Source: Epiperipatus broadwayi | Lineage: Eukaryota > Animalia > Onychophora | Assembly: GCA_028023455.1 (NCBI GenBank) | Contig: JAQFVV010000003.1 | Location: 21,328,001-21,392,000 of the forward strand | Reading direction: 5' to 3' | DNA: 64,000 bases | Shown here: positions 36,431-50,715 of the stretch, piece by piece | How positions within the stretch are numbered: the stretch's first letter is position 1 | How the letters are laid out: every line of letters begins with the position of its first letter | Notes under the pieces: model-generated | What the model was told of the DNA's origin: nothing | The model's input: only the letters and a program-made list of their open reading frames with translations | Databases searched by the model: none | Program-made: the position numbers and the translations under genes

Positions 36431-38449
36431 CCAGGGATATAAAGTATATCTGTATTTAAATATATATGTGTGTATATAAAAAAAATTTGCACCATCACTT
36501 TATTGTACCTAATATTTATAATGTTAAAATCATACTTCAATAAATAAATATTCATTTTAAAATTTTTAATTAATTGATACAATAATTGCATTAAGTTAAA
36601 CATTTGCCATTTATAAATAAATAATATCGTAAATTTAAAAAAAAAACTTTATTTAGAGGAAATTGAAGAGTTCCAAAAATGATCTGAATTTTGAGGCAAT
36701 CTGGTTATAATCAGGGAAAGTAAAGATCCCAAACCTTTAGAGGTTTGTAGATTATGTTAATAAGCTTATCACTAAAAACTATGTATGATTGTAATAAATT
36801 GCAGCTTTTTTTACTGATGTTCAAAAAGTGGTATACAGTGATAAATCTATTATATATGTATATAAATAAATCGTATTTATATAATATACACATTTCAGAC
36901 GTTTTGAATTTATTCGTAAAAAACACATACTTCTACATAAATATTTTTATACATTTACCAAAATATAAAAACTGAAAGATCTCATAAGGCAGTTCATTTA
37001 TCACAAATGTCAAAATACAACAATTATTTATGAAAAATTTTGAGTTTGACAGAACAACAGATATTATCAATGTTTTTTTCCCCCCTCGTCTACTAGGTTA
37101 TTTTATTAGTATTTTGTATTTAATCCTGATCATATAAAATATTAATTGTCTTTATTGTAATTTTATCTAATTATTCTGAAAGTCTTTACAGTAAAAATAT
37201 TATGAAAATAAGTACATATTTTTTCTGTTTAAATTTATGTCCTATATCAAATATATATATATATACTGGAGAGTATAGGAGTCAACTGATTATAGTCACT
37301 TCGAGAAACAAACAAAAAAACTACAATCGTAAGTTCTTCTGTAAACTATGCGAAATATTTTATGAATAGTTGGAATACCGTTTATACAATCATCAGAAAT
37401 TTGTTGGTGTGGCGTAGTAACAATATATTATCTCAATAGATTATTTTAGCTTAATCAGATGTCTTGTATCAAAATTTTCAAAAGATAATCAATTTAAAAA
37501 GTTTTTTATTTTATTTTAACATTCATAATGTTATATTTCCCTAAACTGTTAAAATCAATGATGGAGTGAGAGAATTGAGAGCTAAATTTTTCTGCATTAA
37601 TGTACAATCTATCACTTTTGGTAATCCAACATCATTTGATTTTCAAACATTAATACATATAATTTATTAATGTTAGATTAAAATACAAAGTATTCCATGA
37701 TTAATTAGATTGGAAAGATTTTAAATCCACAAAAAATGGAGAGCAGGGAAATAAGGCTAAATTAAGTTAATGCAAAGTAGATATTTTTTAATATTAATAT
37801 ATTATTTCCAATTAGCCATGCATAGTTTGGTACAGTGATAGAATGGAAATTCCGAAATTCAAAGTTCATGGATTACTATGAAATAATGTTACTTTCAACA
37901 TTTGAACTTTTTACAAACTCTCAAGCAATAAAACCATTCATTTTTTTTTCCAACTATTGGTGAAAATCTTTGACGGTTTATTATGATTTTTATGATTAAT
38001 GACTTTCTCTTTTACTTTACTTCAAACAAATTTTCTTATTTTATTCATCTATGTTATATATGGGGTTTTTTTCCTAGACCATTTAAAATCTTTTGAGATT
38101 CAGTTTAAAATCTATTGTCATTTTTTTTAGTAACATGTTCCTTCCAAGTTCATTTCAGTCTCTTAATTCTTTTAATGATATCAGTGACTACAGTATGTTT
38201 ACTTACTCATGCATTTTGCCTTTATTTATTTTTTTTATTAACCTTAGTATATATTTTTCTACATTTTGCTACACCATCTAACCCATAAATAAAAATTATC
38301 AAAACACATTTATTGTAAATAATATATTTATAGAATTATATACTTATGAAAAAGACAGTATAATAATAAATTAGAATCCATTCCCATACATTTTTACTCA
38401 AAATAGATGTCATGTGATGTGATGCACTGTGATTTCTTCTTATATGGAG

Positions 38450-39030
38450 CCAGGAATATCTCAGAAACTATGTCCAGAGAAACCTGTTAGCCACTTTAAC
38501 TTCTCTTTCCATTCCCCACTCTAAGTTTTCCCATATTTTTCTCTATCCTGTTCCATTCCATTTCCATAACATAATCTTTGTCAACTCCATGGCCTTTATA
38601 TCTAAATCTCCCTTATCCTTTCCCAAACTCAGCATAAAAATCAATAACCAACTTTCTGTATAATCACTTTGTTTATATTTATTCTTCCACAACTTCATTA
38701 TTTGTACTCTTTCTACATTCAATTAACAAATGCCTAATATTTTCTATGCCTTTCTTACACAACTTGCAGACTAAATTACCCACATTTTGCCATTTATGTG
38801 TATATTTCCTTTCTGCTAAAGATCCCATTTGAGCCTTAAACAGTAAACTACTTTGCTTGCTATTATCATAAATTAATTCACACCCAATAATTCTGTTTAC
38901 TTCTATAAATATTTAAACTCCTTTTATTCTCGATACTATTTCTCCATTTCTCCAATTCCTTATTCTTTATTAGTCCATCTATTCTTCTATCCCAGATGAA
39001 GAAATATATATTTATCTGCCCTCTTTGTCT
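38450..39030 (-). mobile_element. Non-LTR retrotransposon ORF2 C-terminus with CCHC motif
   Basis: LLFKAQMGSLAERKYTHKWQNVGNLVCKLCKKGIENIRHLLIECRK at about 38700-38845 (minus). Confidence 0.7.
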
Positions 39031-39637
39031 TTTTAGGGAAAAAATTACAATTATCATCTTTCTTTTTTATTTTGTGATAAAAATTGAAGCTAATAATGAA
39101 AAGTGCAAAATATGTTTTGGACTCATTTTAATATAAATTTTTATTTAATAATTCAAAATGGTTATACTATGCACATAAATTAATATTTTACTTTGATAGC
39201 AATTGCATGACTTATTGAAAGTTCTGAATAAAATATATAGCAAAAGATAATTTGTGATGATGATCATACAAGCAGGTGGGGGAAAATTTGTGAGTTCAAA
39301 TTTTTAATTTTTTGATTTTTTTTAAATATTTTTTTCTATATTACATTAATAAAGAGAGAACAGTTTTTACTTCTCATTTATAAATGTAACAGACATAATA
39401 TATGTGCTTATGCACATTAGTAGAGAAGTTTATTAGTTCTATAAAAATTATATGGCTGAGTGCTTTCGAGAACTTATGACATTATCATATTCTTAGCAAG
39501 ATAATGTTGGAAAATAATGAAGAGATGAGTGTGTATCAGTGATGAAGCATAATATTTTTAGAAATGAAAACACACTTCTTTTTTATAATGTTTTTATTTC
39601 ACTTGCCACAACAATTTTTACATAATAGCATCTAATA

Positions 39638-40576
39638 CACCTGGGTCTCTTTTTATGCGGATTTATTTAACGCGATTTTGAAGTTACATGATTCACGTTT
39701 CTCCAGAAGTCAAACTTCGATAATGCGCTATTACTTTAAATAATAAATTTTGCACACTTACATCATATTGAAAGTAATAGCACATTATTGGAATTCGACT
39801 TTCATCTTAGTAATTTCAATATTTTCAGTGCTTTATAATAGTAAGATTTTATGCAATAATGAAATTAAAATCGTGATTTCCATATTTTATGTATACACAC
39901 ATTAAATTTTACAAGATTATAATGTAAATTTGTTCAAACATTGTGCGTGTTAATTTTGCATTTTAAATCATATTCTGTTTTTGCTTTTTAAAAAAGAATG
40001 TAATCAATTATTAATCATTTAGTGTCCACAAGTTTATTTTGAAAAGGTGAGTAATAGCAGTGGGCACAATTAAAATTGAAAATTAAAAAATTAAAGACAA
40101 AAATAAGAATTTAATTTTTAGTTGTTAGATTAATTACTAATTACGTTGTCACCAGAAAACCATTAACACAATGTGAGAGTGATAGTGGTGCTAGTTGTAT
40201 TTCCTCTTGTGAAGAATCTGATTTTTTACCAGTTTGCAAACGAACCTGTTTATCGGCAAAACGTGTATAAAAAAATGTAAATTATGCATAAAAATATATT
40301 GCTTTGAATAAAATTAAATATTATAGTTAAAAAAAGTTTGTCTTGTATCAATTTTTTTTAAATTTGAAATTTTTTATTAGTCATATTTTATTTCCTTATT
40401 TTTTTTTGTGCAAATTTTAAAGTAATTTTACATTGGTGCTTTGCTTGTACACAATTTTTGAAAAAACATAGTCTGTATCCCCTCTTTTTCAAGGTAAGTT
40501 ATGTCTATTTTTGCACGATTTTGTTTGCACATGTTTTCTGAGGAACCTATCTATCGCATAAAATGAGACCCAGGTA
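39638..40576. mobile_element. Non-autonomous pogo/Tigger-like (Tc1-mariner superfamily) DNA element
   Basis: Terminal inverted repeats (TIRs) cacctgggtctctttttatgcg (39638-39659) / cgcataaaatgagacccaggta (40555-40576), flanked by TA on both sides. Subfamily call is inference. Confidence 0.75.
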
Positions 40577-40735
40577 TATATATATTGCACACTTCTAGAA
40601 AAATCTGAAACTCTCTTATTTGTAAATCAGGGAATATATTATCAATATATTTTTATCTTTCAAATTCTTTTAACATTCTTAAAAGTTTTAACTGTAAATT
40701 AGATCTTAGCATTGTTTGAACTTCTTATAATCAAC

Positions 40736-40926
40736 CAAGCACTGATTGTATATATGTGTGGGTGATGATAATCTGGACCAACTAATGAATGCTGGTTTAG
40801 TATGAAATATGTATATTGGTGATTATTTATCTTTTTACATGTATGTGGTCATGTGTATCAGTTGTATGAGATAGGGTGGATTTGGCGGGTGCTTGAAAGT
40901 CTGAGTTCAAATCCCCCAATATTTAT
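40736..40926 (+). ncRNA. Family-1 copy (HHR with G5A lesion) flanked by about 103-bp direct repeats
   Basis: atctggaccaa-CTAATGA(40782-40788)-atgct ggttt agtat-GAAA-tatgta-ta-ttgg. Repeats at 40633-40735 and 40927-41030. Confidence 0.8.
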
Positions 40927-41239
40927 AATATATTATCAATATATTTTTATCTTCCAAATCCTTTTATCATTCTTAAAAGTTTTCAACTGTAAATTAGATC
41001 TTAGCATTGTTTGAACTTCTTATAATCAACTGAGAATGCATTAGTCAAATTCATTCCTTGCATATATAAAAACAATTCAACTGTTGGTAAAAAAATTGAA
41101 AGTGAATTTTTTAAATTGAATTTTAATTAAAGCTTTTGAAAGTTTTCGTGAATTTTTCTACAGAAACACTCATTCCATTCAATACATAGACACTTCATCC
41201 CTGGTATGTATGTATATATAATTGATTGAATTAAAATTT

Positions 41240-43490
41240 ATTTCAATTGCAATGTTAATTATTTAGATTAGAGTGTCCATTTCTTGGAGAGAAGGAGACA
41301 TAAATCTTTGTGATTGATAGCATTATTGTTGTTGGATATATAGCATGCTTCTCTGATTTTCTTCTTTGAGTTATTTTTTATGTATTGAATGGTTGCAGAA
41401 GAAATAAATTGATGTCCTGGACCTTTTGGTATTCCAGGAAAATAGAATTGCATTCTGGTTTGTCTGAGGCTCTTTTGTATATATTTTGAAACTGTGTAAA
41501 CTGCATAGATAAGGATGCTCAAGTTTCACCCCAATAGATTGATTGTCATCCAGTTTGGGAACATTTAATTTTATAAACTGTGCTGGGCTAAGTTCAGGTT
41601 CAATCTTATCCTGGAAGTTGTTGAATAATTTATTGGTAGATTGGTGGAAGGGGATACAGAAAGCAAGATAATAAGTTGGGGAAAATGTTATATTAAACAT
41701 TTTTGTTAATGTAGGAATGTATGGCAAGAGAAGCCATGGTTTCTAATTATTAGGAGGGTTAGAATTTAATTTGTTATAAAATTGTTTTAGAAGACTATGT
41801 TTGAATCTAATAGATATCTTTGATGTATGATTATATGTTTGTCTTGCAAGATGATTCATCTTTACATAAAGCATGGTTACAGAATAGGAAGAAAGATAGA
41901 CTTGTGAGTTTTTGAGATCGATGAACAGTTGAATTACAGTGCATGAACCCACAAATTTTGAGCAGTTTAACATACATGGATAATCAATATGATAGAAATT
42001 TCTTGGTATTATTAAATCTATGTATGTGTGACATTGGCATGAGTCTTCCCAATCAGAAAATCTGAGTGGCTTTGTACATTAGCTTTAATATTCTGAATTA
42101 AAGATCCTGATCCAGCAATGATAATGTCATTAACGTAACATGTGTAAATGGCATCTGGACAGTCTTCCAGGTATGATGGAATGATTATATTTTCAAAGTG
42201 GTTTAGATATATGATGGAAATGATGTCACTGAAGGGAAGACCCATAAATCATCTGTCAGTCATGTTATAAGGTTGATTATTAAATGTGACTATGGTGTTG
42301 TTATCTAGTCAAAATAGAAATGCTATGATAAAATGTGTTCATGCTTTAGAGTAGCTTTGTTTAGTTAATTATGTTGATTAATAGTTCCCTATTGATTGAT
42401 CCATACAGTTCCATAATATCCAAAAAAGCTATTTTATATGTTGAATTAAGTTAAACATGTTTAATATGAGATACAAAATCAAATGAGAATTTGATGGTGT
42501 ATAACTCATATCCTAGGTGATCAGTCAACCATTGGTTGATTATTTTAGATGTATTAAAATAATGAGCACTCACAAAGTCCAACAAGGTTCTAAGAGGTAT
42601 GCTTGGTTTATGCAGTTTGACATTGGCAAATGTTCAAGGGGGATGGCAACAGATGGGTAAATTTTATAATAATTGCCCTTTAATGAATGTTTTATTTCAG
42701 CGTTTGCATAATATGTCAATGACAAACTTGTCTTTGTTACATTTTATATTATTAGTAGGTATTGAGGAAAATTTTCAAGTTATTTATTTGCATGCATCTT
42801 GTTATTGAATTCAGTCTTGATCAGGATGACAAATCTATTGCCTTTGTTTTCCTTCAGGCCCAATTAAGGATTATTTAATAGGAAACTATTTGGTGATGCT
42901 CACTACAGTTAGTGTTTGACACTCTAAGAGATTTATGCTGGACATAAATTTAATTAAGTTGGCCATTAAATTATCTTTGTAGGGTTTGTTTATAAAGCCT
43001 GCTTCTACATTAGCAATTAGCTCCAATATTGGTTGCTTCCAGTGTATGCTATCATATCTCAGCCACAGTTTAAGCACAGTTTTGGAAGAAGGAGGGAGGA
43101 AATTTTTGAAATCAGATTAACAAAGGCATTTTTATTCTCATCATGAGGAAGATTAGCATCCTGTTTATTAACTAGAAAGTTGTGCATATGAGAAATATTT
43201 TTTTTTAGCTTAGTAGAGATGTTGTTGCATTTATTGGTAACGACTTCAGGAATACTATTTTGTACTGAGATTTTGACAAAATGCTTTTTGTCATTTTTGA
43301 GCACCCCTTTGCTTTCTTTAATAATTATTGTCAGAAAATATAATTGTGAACATGATTTAATTTTATAATAATTGAATATAGATGTGTTTATTTTAATCTG
43401 ACAACAACTGGGAAATAATTTTGTGGCATGCATATGTCTGAAGAAATTCCAGACACTGGGTCATTGTACTAATTGATAAACCAAGACACA
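41240..43490 (-). mobile_element. Penelope-like element C, near full length, decayed
   Basis: NKGNRFVILIKTEFNNKM, FANVKLHKPSIPLRTLLDF, FNNQPY..FMGLPFSDIISIIYLNHFE, CYVNDII, and KIREACYI..NAINHKD (GIY-YIG C-terminus). Confidence 0.85.
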
Positions 43491-43496
43491 ATATTC

Positions 43497-43630
43497 ACAC
43501 TCATCTCTCCTTTATTTTCCAATGTTATCTTGCTATGAATATGAGAATGTCATAAGTTCTCAAAAGTGCTCAGTCATATAATTTTTATAAAACTAATAAA
43601 CTTCTTTATTAAGGCATATAAGCTCACATA
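43497..43630. repeat. About 135-bp repeat upstream of PLE-C; inverted copy at 39401-39533
   Basis: By-eye alignment of the reverse complement. Confidence 0.8.
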
Positions 43631-44256
43631 TTCTTCACATTCAAAAAAATGTATAATTCATCCAGAATCTGATGTAACCAAAAAAATGTTTAGCTGTTAC
43701 TATTTTATATATTTTCTTTATTTCACACATTAATCTAAGTATATTTGATTATTTACAGATTATATAAAAAAAAATTAATACATATATATTAAATTTTATC
43801 TAAGTTAAAGATTATTTCTATTTGCATGGATATTATCTCATTTTTATTCTTTATTTATATATAGATATTCATAACTAAGCTAAACAGTAGTGTTTTCTAA
43901 CAAGAGATATGTTATTTTATTAATATATTAAATTAATCATTATAAATTCACATTATACTATTATTTGCCAATCAACCAACCAATCCATTATTTTCGAAAA
44001 AAAAAACTTATTTATCTTACATACTAGACTTATCTTTATATTTGTATGAAGCAAAACAACCTTTAATATCTCCCTTCAAAGCAAATATCTCTTCAGAAAC
44101 CATTTGTAAATAAACAACAAAGGAAAAAGCATTACACAACTGATTTAACAATTGCTAAGTAGTAAATGTTTGACCAATTTTTATCCTTGTTTTATTTTTT
44201 AGATAAGAATATTTAGATATCTAGTTTCAAAACCATATTGGATGTTTAGATAAGTC

Positions 44257-44378
44257 CTAAAAAGTGTTTAACTGGATTATGGCCTTATATTATATATATA
44301 TATATTGTGTGTGTGAACTAAAAAGTGTTTAACTGGATTATGGCCTTATATTATCTTATATATATATTGTGTGTGAAC
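44257..44378. repeat. 61-bp tandem duplication
   Basis: ctaaaaagtgtttaactgg... starts at 44257 and 44318. Confidence 0.95.
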
Positions 44379-44589
44379 ATGTCTTTTGTCAGTATTATAT
44401 ATTTATGAAAATATTTTAATTGTTAGTTTAAAAAATTAAAATATATTTTTAGCTAATATATAATATTTCTTTTTCTCTTTTATTGTAAATCATTTTAAAT
44501 TATTATTTTTGATGAAAAATCTTAAATCACATTAAAAAACATCTAACTATTATTAATAATGTGCTGAGATTATCAATCATTGATATTTG

Positions 44590-45190
44590 AGTATATGTAC
44601 AATGTATTTAAGGAGGCTTATTCAGCAGCGGATCACAGGGGGCAATCCCAACATTATGTCACTTGCCAACATTATTCAAGGAGGTCATTTTGCTGAAATC
44701 TGGCTAGACACCTTCATGAACTTCGCTATCTGGATAGTCAGATGTAAAAAGACATTTGAAAGCAGAATGGTGATTGACCTGAAGGATTGTATGATAAAGA
44801 CCATTATGGAATTAAGAGAAAAAGATAAGTGGATGGCCTAGCCCCATCTGGTGGCTGATACATAGGAAAAGATATCCTTTTGACAAATTGAATAGAGCAA
44901 TCACTGATCTAAGCCACACTGATTACAATCTCATCTAAAACCAACCATATGAAGAAATTAACCAATGCTGCAACAACCCGCGCTTTCCTTATTCATGTTA
45001 CAAACCCATACAGTATATAACGAAACCTGTAAATTGTTCATACATCACTACCCCTATTGATCCACATCGAGTTTCACATCTAATTTAGTCCCTATTTTGG
45101 CACTTAACCCTTCTACCTAAAGTCACCATCAATGTATTTCTTTCCCTTCTGACTCTCTTTAATGTAAATAGTCTTAGTAATAAAGAATTG
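44590..45190 (+). mobile_element. Probable L1/Tx1-type LINE 3' fragment (ORF2 tail and 3' UTR)
   Basis: FAIWIVRCKKTFE resembles the IW..R....F motif of L1/Tx1 ORF2 ends. GC-richer than flanks; aataaa near 45178. Confidence 0.5.
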
Positions 45191-48100
45191 TTTTTTTTAC
45201 GATGTGGAACGTAAGAAAAAAACATTTGTTACATTAGTATAAAAATATTTCTGATGGTGATTTAAATTATCGGAGAGAACACATAGAAACATATAGATCT
45301 GAATTGCTAATGACAACATAGATTTATTTTGAAAGCAAAAACATTTATAATTATATTTTATAATTTTATTCATAAAAAAAACGTAATTAATTTTATAAAA
45401 TTTATTATATAGTATTAATTATATAAATAGGCATTAAGTTATAATCAACTTAAGGTAAATCTACCGTGTACTAAATATATAGTCTAATATTTATTTTTAT
45501 ATATTGCACTAGAGTAGCAACCTCTGGAGCTTTAGGTCTACTGGAGCATATTGAGCAAGAAAACCATTAGATTATTCCATTATTAACATTTTTATAATAA
45601 ATGATAGTTAATTTCAAGTTTCTTTTATAGATTGAGATGTATATTTTAAAACTGGGGCAAGTAAACATATTTTTTAAAAAAAAAATATTCAGTCTAGAAA
45701 GTAAAACAAGAATGGAAAATTACTCAAACTCTTACCACCTGGCAATTGGCAAGTCTGCTGACTTCTATCTTTTTCTTTACTGTCCCTCTAGTCTAGAAGC
45801 TTCTATTGAAGAAACTTTTGCCCTACAGTGAGTTATTTAAAGGCCTTTTTATCTTTAACCTTTAACTTTATTAATAAGACATACTATTTTGTATAAAGTC
45901 ATTTATGGATTAATAAAATGAAATTAGTCTAAATTTTAAGATTTGGGATTTTTTTTTTAAAAAAAGAACTAAGATATTCAATAAATTATTGTACTTTCAA
46001 TGTAAAAAAAGAAATACTTAATCTGATAAATTAGGAGAAGCAAATCAGTAAGCTAAAGTTATCCTCAAGTACATGTTTCAATATTGATTTAACACTTCAC
46101 TACTTAGAAAAACATTTCTAAATGTAAAAATCTACCAAACCGGAGATTTAAGTCAAAACAAATCAAAAAATAAGTTTTAATGTATTCCCTTTCTTTTTAT
46201 TTATTTTATTCAAAGATTTAGTTGAACAAAAAAATCTAAATTATAAATAAAATAAAAAATTCTTTACTCTCTGAGATATTAAATACAGTCAAATACAAAG
46301 CATGTTTTTTAATAAACAAAACATTTTTTATATGAACCACTATCGAAGACTAAATCTTTTAGCACATTAATAGTTGTGACAAATCCTGATCTGAAGATTC
46401 TAGAATTGATTCTTAAGTAAGTTACGTAAAAAACTGAATGAAACTGATACATATTCAATTCATTATTAGGATAGTAAACATCACATAAACTTCTGATCAA
46501 TTAACAATTGGGTTATTTTTACTACCAAATTGTTAGTGATAATTAGGTTTGAACTTGAATATAAGATCATGGGACTTGTGTTTGGGATGATCATCCCATT
46601 TATAAAGCTTTATTTTATAAAGTGATAATAAGTTTTTATATATTCAGAAAAATAGAACTCTTACATTTTTTTGTTGAGGAAGAGAATGGAGTCAATCTAG
46701 CTATCAGTTTAATTACTTAATTTCTACTTATGTTAAAATTAGGACTAATAAAACATTGTCTACCACTATTCAAAAAAAAAGGAATATTTTACAAGTAGTT
46801 AATGTGTAAAAAATAATATATTACAGACTCACTGCTTAAAATTTCTTCTCCATTTAAAATAGGTTGGATCAGAGTGCAATCATATTTTTTTTATGGTTAT
46901 TATCCTATATGGTATATTACCAGAATAGAATAATAGATAAGAGCTAAGAGTTCATGGGCTGGTTTTCAGCTAATGAGGGTGAGAAATCTCTCAGTGTGGT
47001 TAAATGATTCAAATTTCAGGGTTTAGCTTATCTTTTGTGTTTGAATGCCACATGATCTCCCAAACAACAAACCTTATAATTATTTTTGTAGTGCATGGTT
47101 ACTTTCCTGATTGCTTCAGAATACTATAGATGCTGTTAGCTTTCAACTAAGAATAACTAGAGACATTTATTGACTGAATAAAGTATGTATCAAAAAAATG
47201 AATATTTTCATGAGCAGTTATTTTCATCCTAGAGTCATAAGTCAATGAATACCATACTGTATAATACTGCAAAATCTTATTCTCCAGATGCCATCAGTTT
47301 TTATCATTCGAAACTAGGATTTGAAACTCTAGGAGCAGTCATTTGCTCCTTTATACTATTAAAGCATATAACTAGACATGGGCTTAATATGGGTTTTAAA
47401 TCTTAGATTTTTTTTAAATTTCAGATATTAGTTTAAAACAGGTCTAGTTGTTTTCTAGATGCATAAGTATATCAGCTGCAATTTTGAATCCTACTCTCAT
47501 TATCAAAGGCAAAAATCAATCAATCTGGAGATGAAGATTCATGGTACTATATCATCTGATATCCATTGATCACCAAAGCCTTTAAAAGATTGCTATAGAG
47601 AAGATAATAATAACTGCTCTTAGAAGTACATAATTAGTGTATGGGAAGTCAAGTGATATTGTTATTGGTATAAAACTAAATATTTATTGACTGAATAAAA
47701 AAAAAACTATGGCTGAACATCAGAAATTGTTCATGTCAAAAAAACTCAATAATAAGGTTTATTTTTAGATTCCAATGGTCAATTGTTTTATGAATATAAA
47801 AAAGGAAAAAAATACATTAGGAAACTGAATATTTGTTTATAAGTAACAAAAAAGTTATAAATGTAATAATAAAAAAATTCATTCACGAAAATATAAAATG
47901 CATTAAGAAACTTCATATTTCTTCATTTTGTATTTGAATAACCAAATATTATATATTTTAAACACTTACTTGTTATTTGAACAAAAATCATTTTTTTACT
48001 ATTTACTTACTTATAAATAAAATGCCCATTTATTTATTTAATTTTAAGTAAATTGCTTTATTGTGCAGTCAATACTAAACTATTCAAAATTGTCCATGTT

Positions 48101-48310
48101 AAAATAAATATGTTTATTTATATGTTTTATGAATATTATTTATGCATTTATAAATAAATAAAACATATATTTATTCATTATGGATCTTTTAAATTGTCTG
48201 TATTAAACTAATTAAAATAAATTATATTATTTGTAATTCAAAATTGAATTTGTCTGAGTTATTCTAAATCATGAATATTAATGAGTTATACAATTCTGCA
48301 TAATTAAAGT

Positions 48311-48405
48311 AATAAACATTACATGATCACCGTTTTTTAGATGGGGATTTTATGCACAAGCCTTCTGGCATCCATTGATTACTCTAGCTTGCTGTGTGTG
48401 GCAAT
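48311..48405. repeat. Truncated fold-back family copy
   Basis: tagatggggattttatgcacaagccttctggcatccattgattactct. Confidence 0.8.
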
Positions 48406-49079
48406 ATGTATAGTGACTTTAGTCTGAGTTTAAAAAAATTATTAATTTATTTATCTAAAAATTATCTTTATATAAATAAATAAATTTATTTGTATAAATA
48501 AATAAATACTATATAGTATTTTATATGTATAAAATAATATTTATATATATATATAATTTATCAAGCTATAACTATTTATAAATACAATATATCACAATAT
48601 AAAATTACTAAGATATCTTATGAATAACATTTATCTAGTCTTTGCTTTTGCAGACAATTTTGTTTCAAGCCATCATATTATGAGTAACTCATACAGTTGT
48701 GTTTGATTATTTTATTTTTTAATTAAAATATACTTAAAAGTATATCAATTCATTTTGTTGCCTTTAAGCAACTTCACTATTAACCAATAATATTACTTTT
48801 TAAGATTAAAAATTGTATTTCTTTATCACTGACATATATATTATTGTTATAATAATGATTAAATATTTTTATTATTTTTCATTATTGCAAGATCAGTTTT
48901 TGATACCTGTTTCAACAGACTTTCTATTTGTGCACTTATATAACTCTTAAATGATATAAACATGTTATTTATTTTTTAAAAGGCACTTACAGACACAAAA
49001 AATATATAAATGACTCCTAAATGCATTTATATAATATCTCATCACTTTTTACAATGCAGAAAAATGTATTTTTTTTAAT

Positions 49080-49920
49080 ATTTTCTCACTGTTTCAACTG
49101 ATCAGCAGTCTTCATCAGCTGCAATATTCAAATGTATATGACCTTACATTAATATATATTTGTAGATACATAAATAGATATGTAACATATACTTTACATT
49201 ATGGATTTTACAGAATACAAATATTCTACTGAATGCAGTAATTACATATTTTTATACATTTATATTCTATAAAAATTAACTGTCTTGCTTTTTATTCTTA
49301 TTTTTGTTTGAATTCTTATATTATTTTACCTTTATATAACTTAAACTTTTTAATAATTTAATTTATTTTTATCATTTTTATCATTCCATTACAGTTTCAA
49401 TCATGCATTACATAAACCCAAATCTTTATTAAAGTTGGTCTAATATTTTTAATCATGCTATCTTGTTTAATTTTCTTAACTTTTTTATTATTAGTATAAT
49501 AAATCGTTGCTATTTCAAAATTATACTCAGCCATTTTTAGATATGGAAATTTTTTAAAAATAAATCAAATCACTCAGATATCTGTGATTACATTTTTTTT
49601 CTTCTTCCTCCTTTCCTTACATATTGATTTCTATATTTACATATCATACCATTTTCAACCTTCTTATACACTTAACAATATTTCTCTTACAGTTTCAACT
49701 GTCCTGCAGTCATCATCAGAGATCTTTATAATCCTTTGCTGCAGGACAGTCAAAACTGTAAGAATAAACTTTTGGTGTAAAAAATAGTATTGTTAAATGT
49801 ATAAGACAGTTGGGATTATAAAGAAAGAACTCTGATGATGACTGCAAGATAATCAAAACTATAAGAGTAAAGTTTTGGTGTAAAAAATAGTATTGTTAAG
49901 TATATAAGAAGGTTGGAAAT
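49080..49920. ncRNA. Family 5: short HHR-bearing repeats (about 98-bp tandem plus inverted copies)
   Basis: Best copy minus 49685-49722: ucu-CUGAUGA-u-gacug cagga caguu-GAAA-CUG-UA/aga. Decayed copies at 49085-49121 (-), 49738-49765 (+), 49829-49868 (+). Confidence 0.6.
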
Positions 49921-50715
49921 ATTATATCTGTGGTTACAATGATAAAAAGAGAAAGTATTTAAAAATTAAATATAATTTATTAGCATAATTTAAATGTAAT
50001 TTAATACAGATTCATTTTACATTGCTAAGTGGCAGGGATAGAAAAGGCTGTGCCATTTTTGTATATTGTAAAAGTGACCAATAAAAGGGGAAATGCTTTT
50101 AAAGTATTATTGTATTTATTTATTGATAAATATAATTTTTTAAAAATTCGTTAAATGAAAAAAAAAAAATCATTAAGTACTCATATTTGCTTGACTATAA
50201 AGAAAATTTTATAGATATGTGGCAGAAAATATATAATAAGTTATGTCATTATAGTCTGTTTCAAATACTTTACTCAAAGGTGAATAGCTATACAATTATA
50301 TCATACATTAAAGCTGTGATTATATATTTTTTTTGTTTCCATTTTATTTTTTATATCAATATGTAGTATATAATTTTTCAACTCAGTAAGTTTGTTTGAG
50401 AACTTACAAATAAATCAAACTTCTTCATAAGAGAGTTTGCTACAGACATAATACTTTTTATATATTTTTACAATAATTGCCTGGTGAAGTCATGCTCAGG
50501 CGTTAAAACTGTCACCATATTTTTTTATTCTCATTTGCTTTAAAAATTACTTTTAGCACAGAATGTGTTGCGCCCCATTGAAAGCCAATATTTACTACAG
50601 GTATTGGCAAACTATCTAAAAATGCTTTGAAAATAGACTTCAAATTTATATAGTTTGAAATAATGGTAATCTACCTGTATATGCATTTACAATATATATA
50701 AATATATAAATTATT

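Noticed and set aside
37325-37420. KFFCKLCEIFYE*LEYRLYNHQK as a C2H2 finger or GIY-YIG remnant
   Set aside because: Contains a stop, has wrong spacing and lacks supporting flanking motifs.
49738-49920. CRISPR-like array
   Set aside because: These are whole-unit tandem duplications with no unique spacers or cas genes, in a eukaryotic context. The same applies to the other tandem repeats.
50478-50515. cctggtgaag...aaaactgtc HHR-like string
   Set aside because: Core mismatches and no stem I or convincing stem II.
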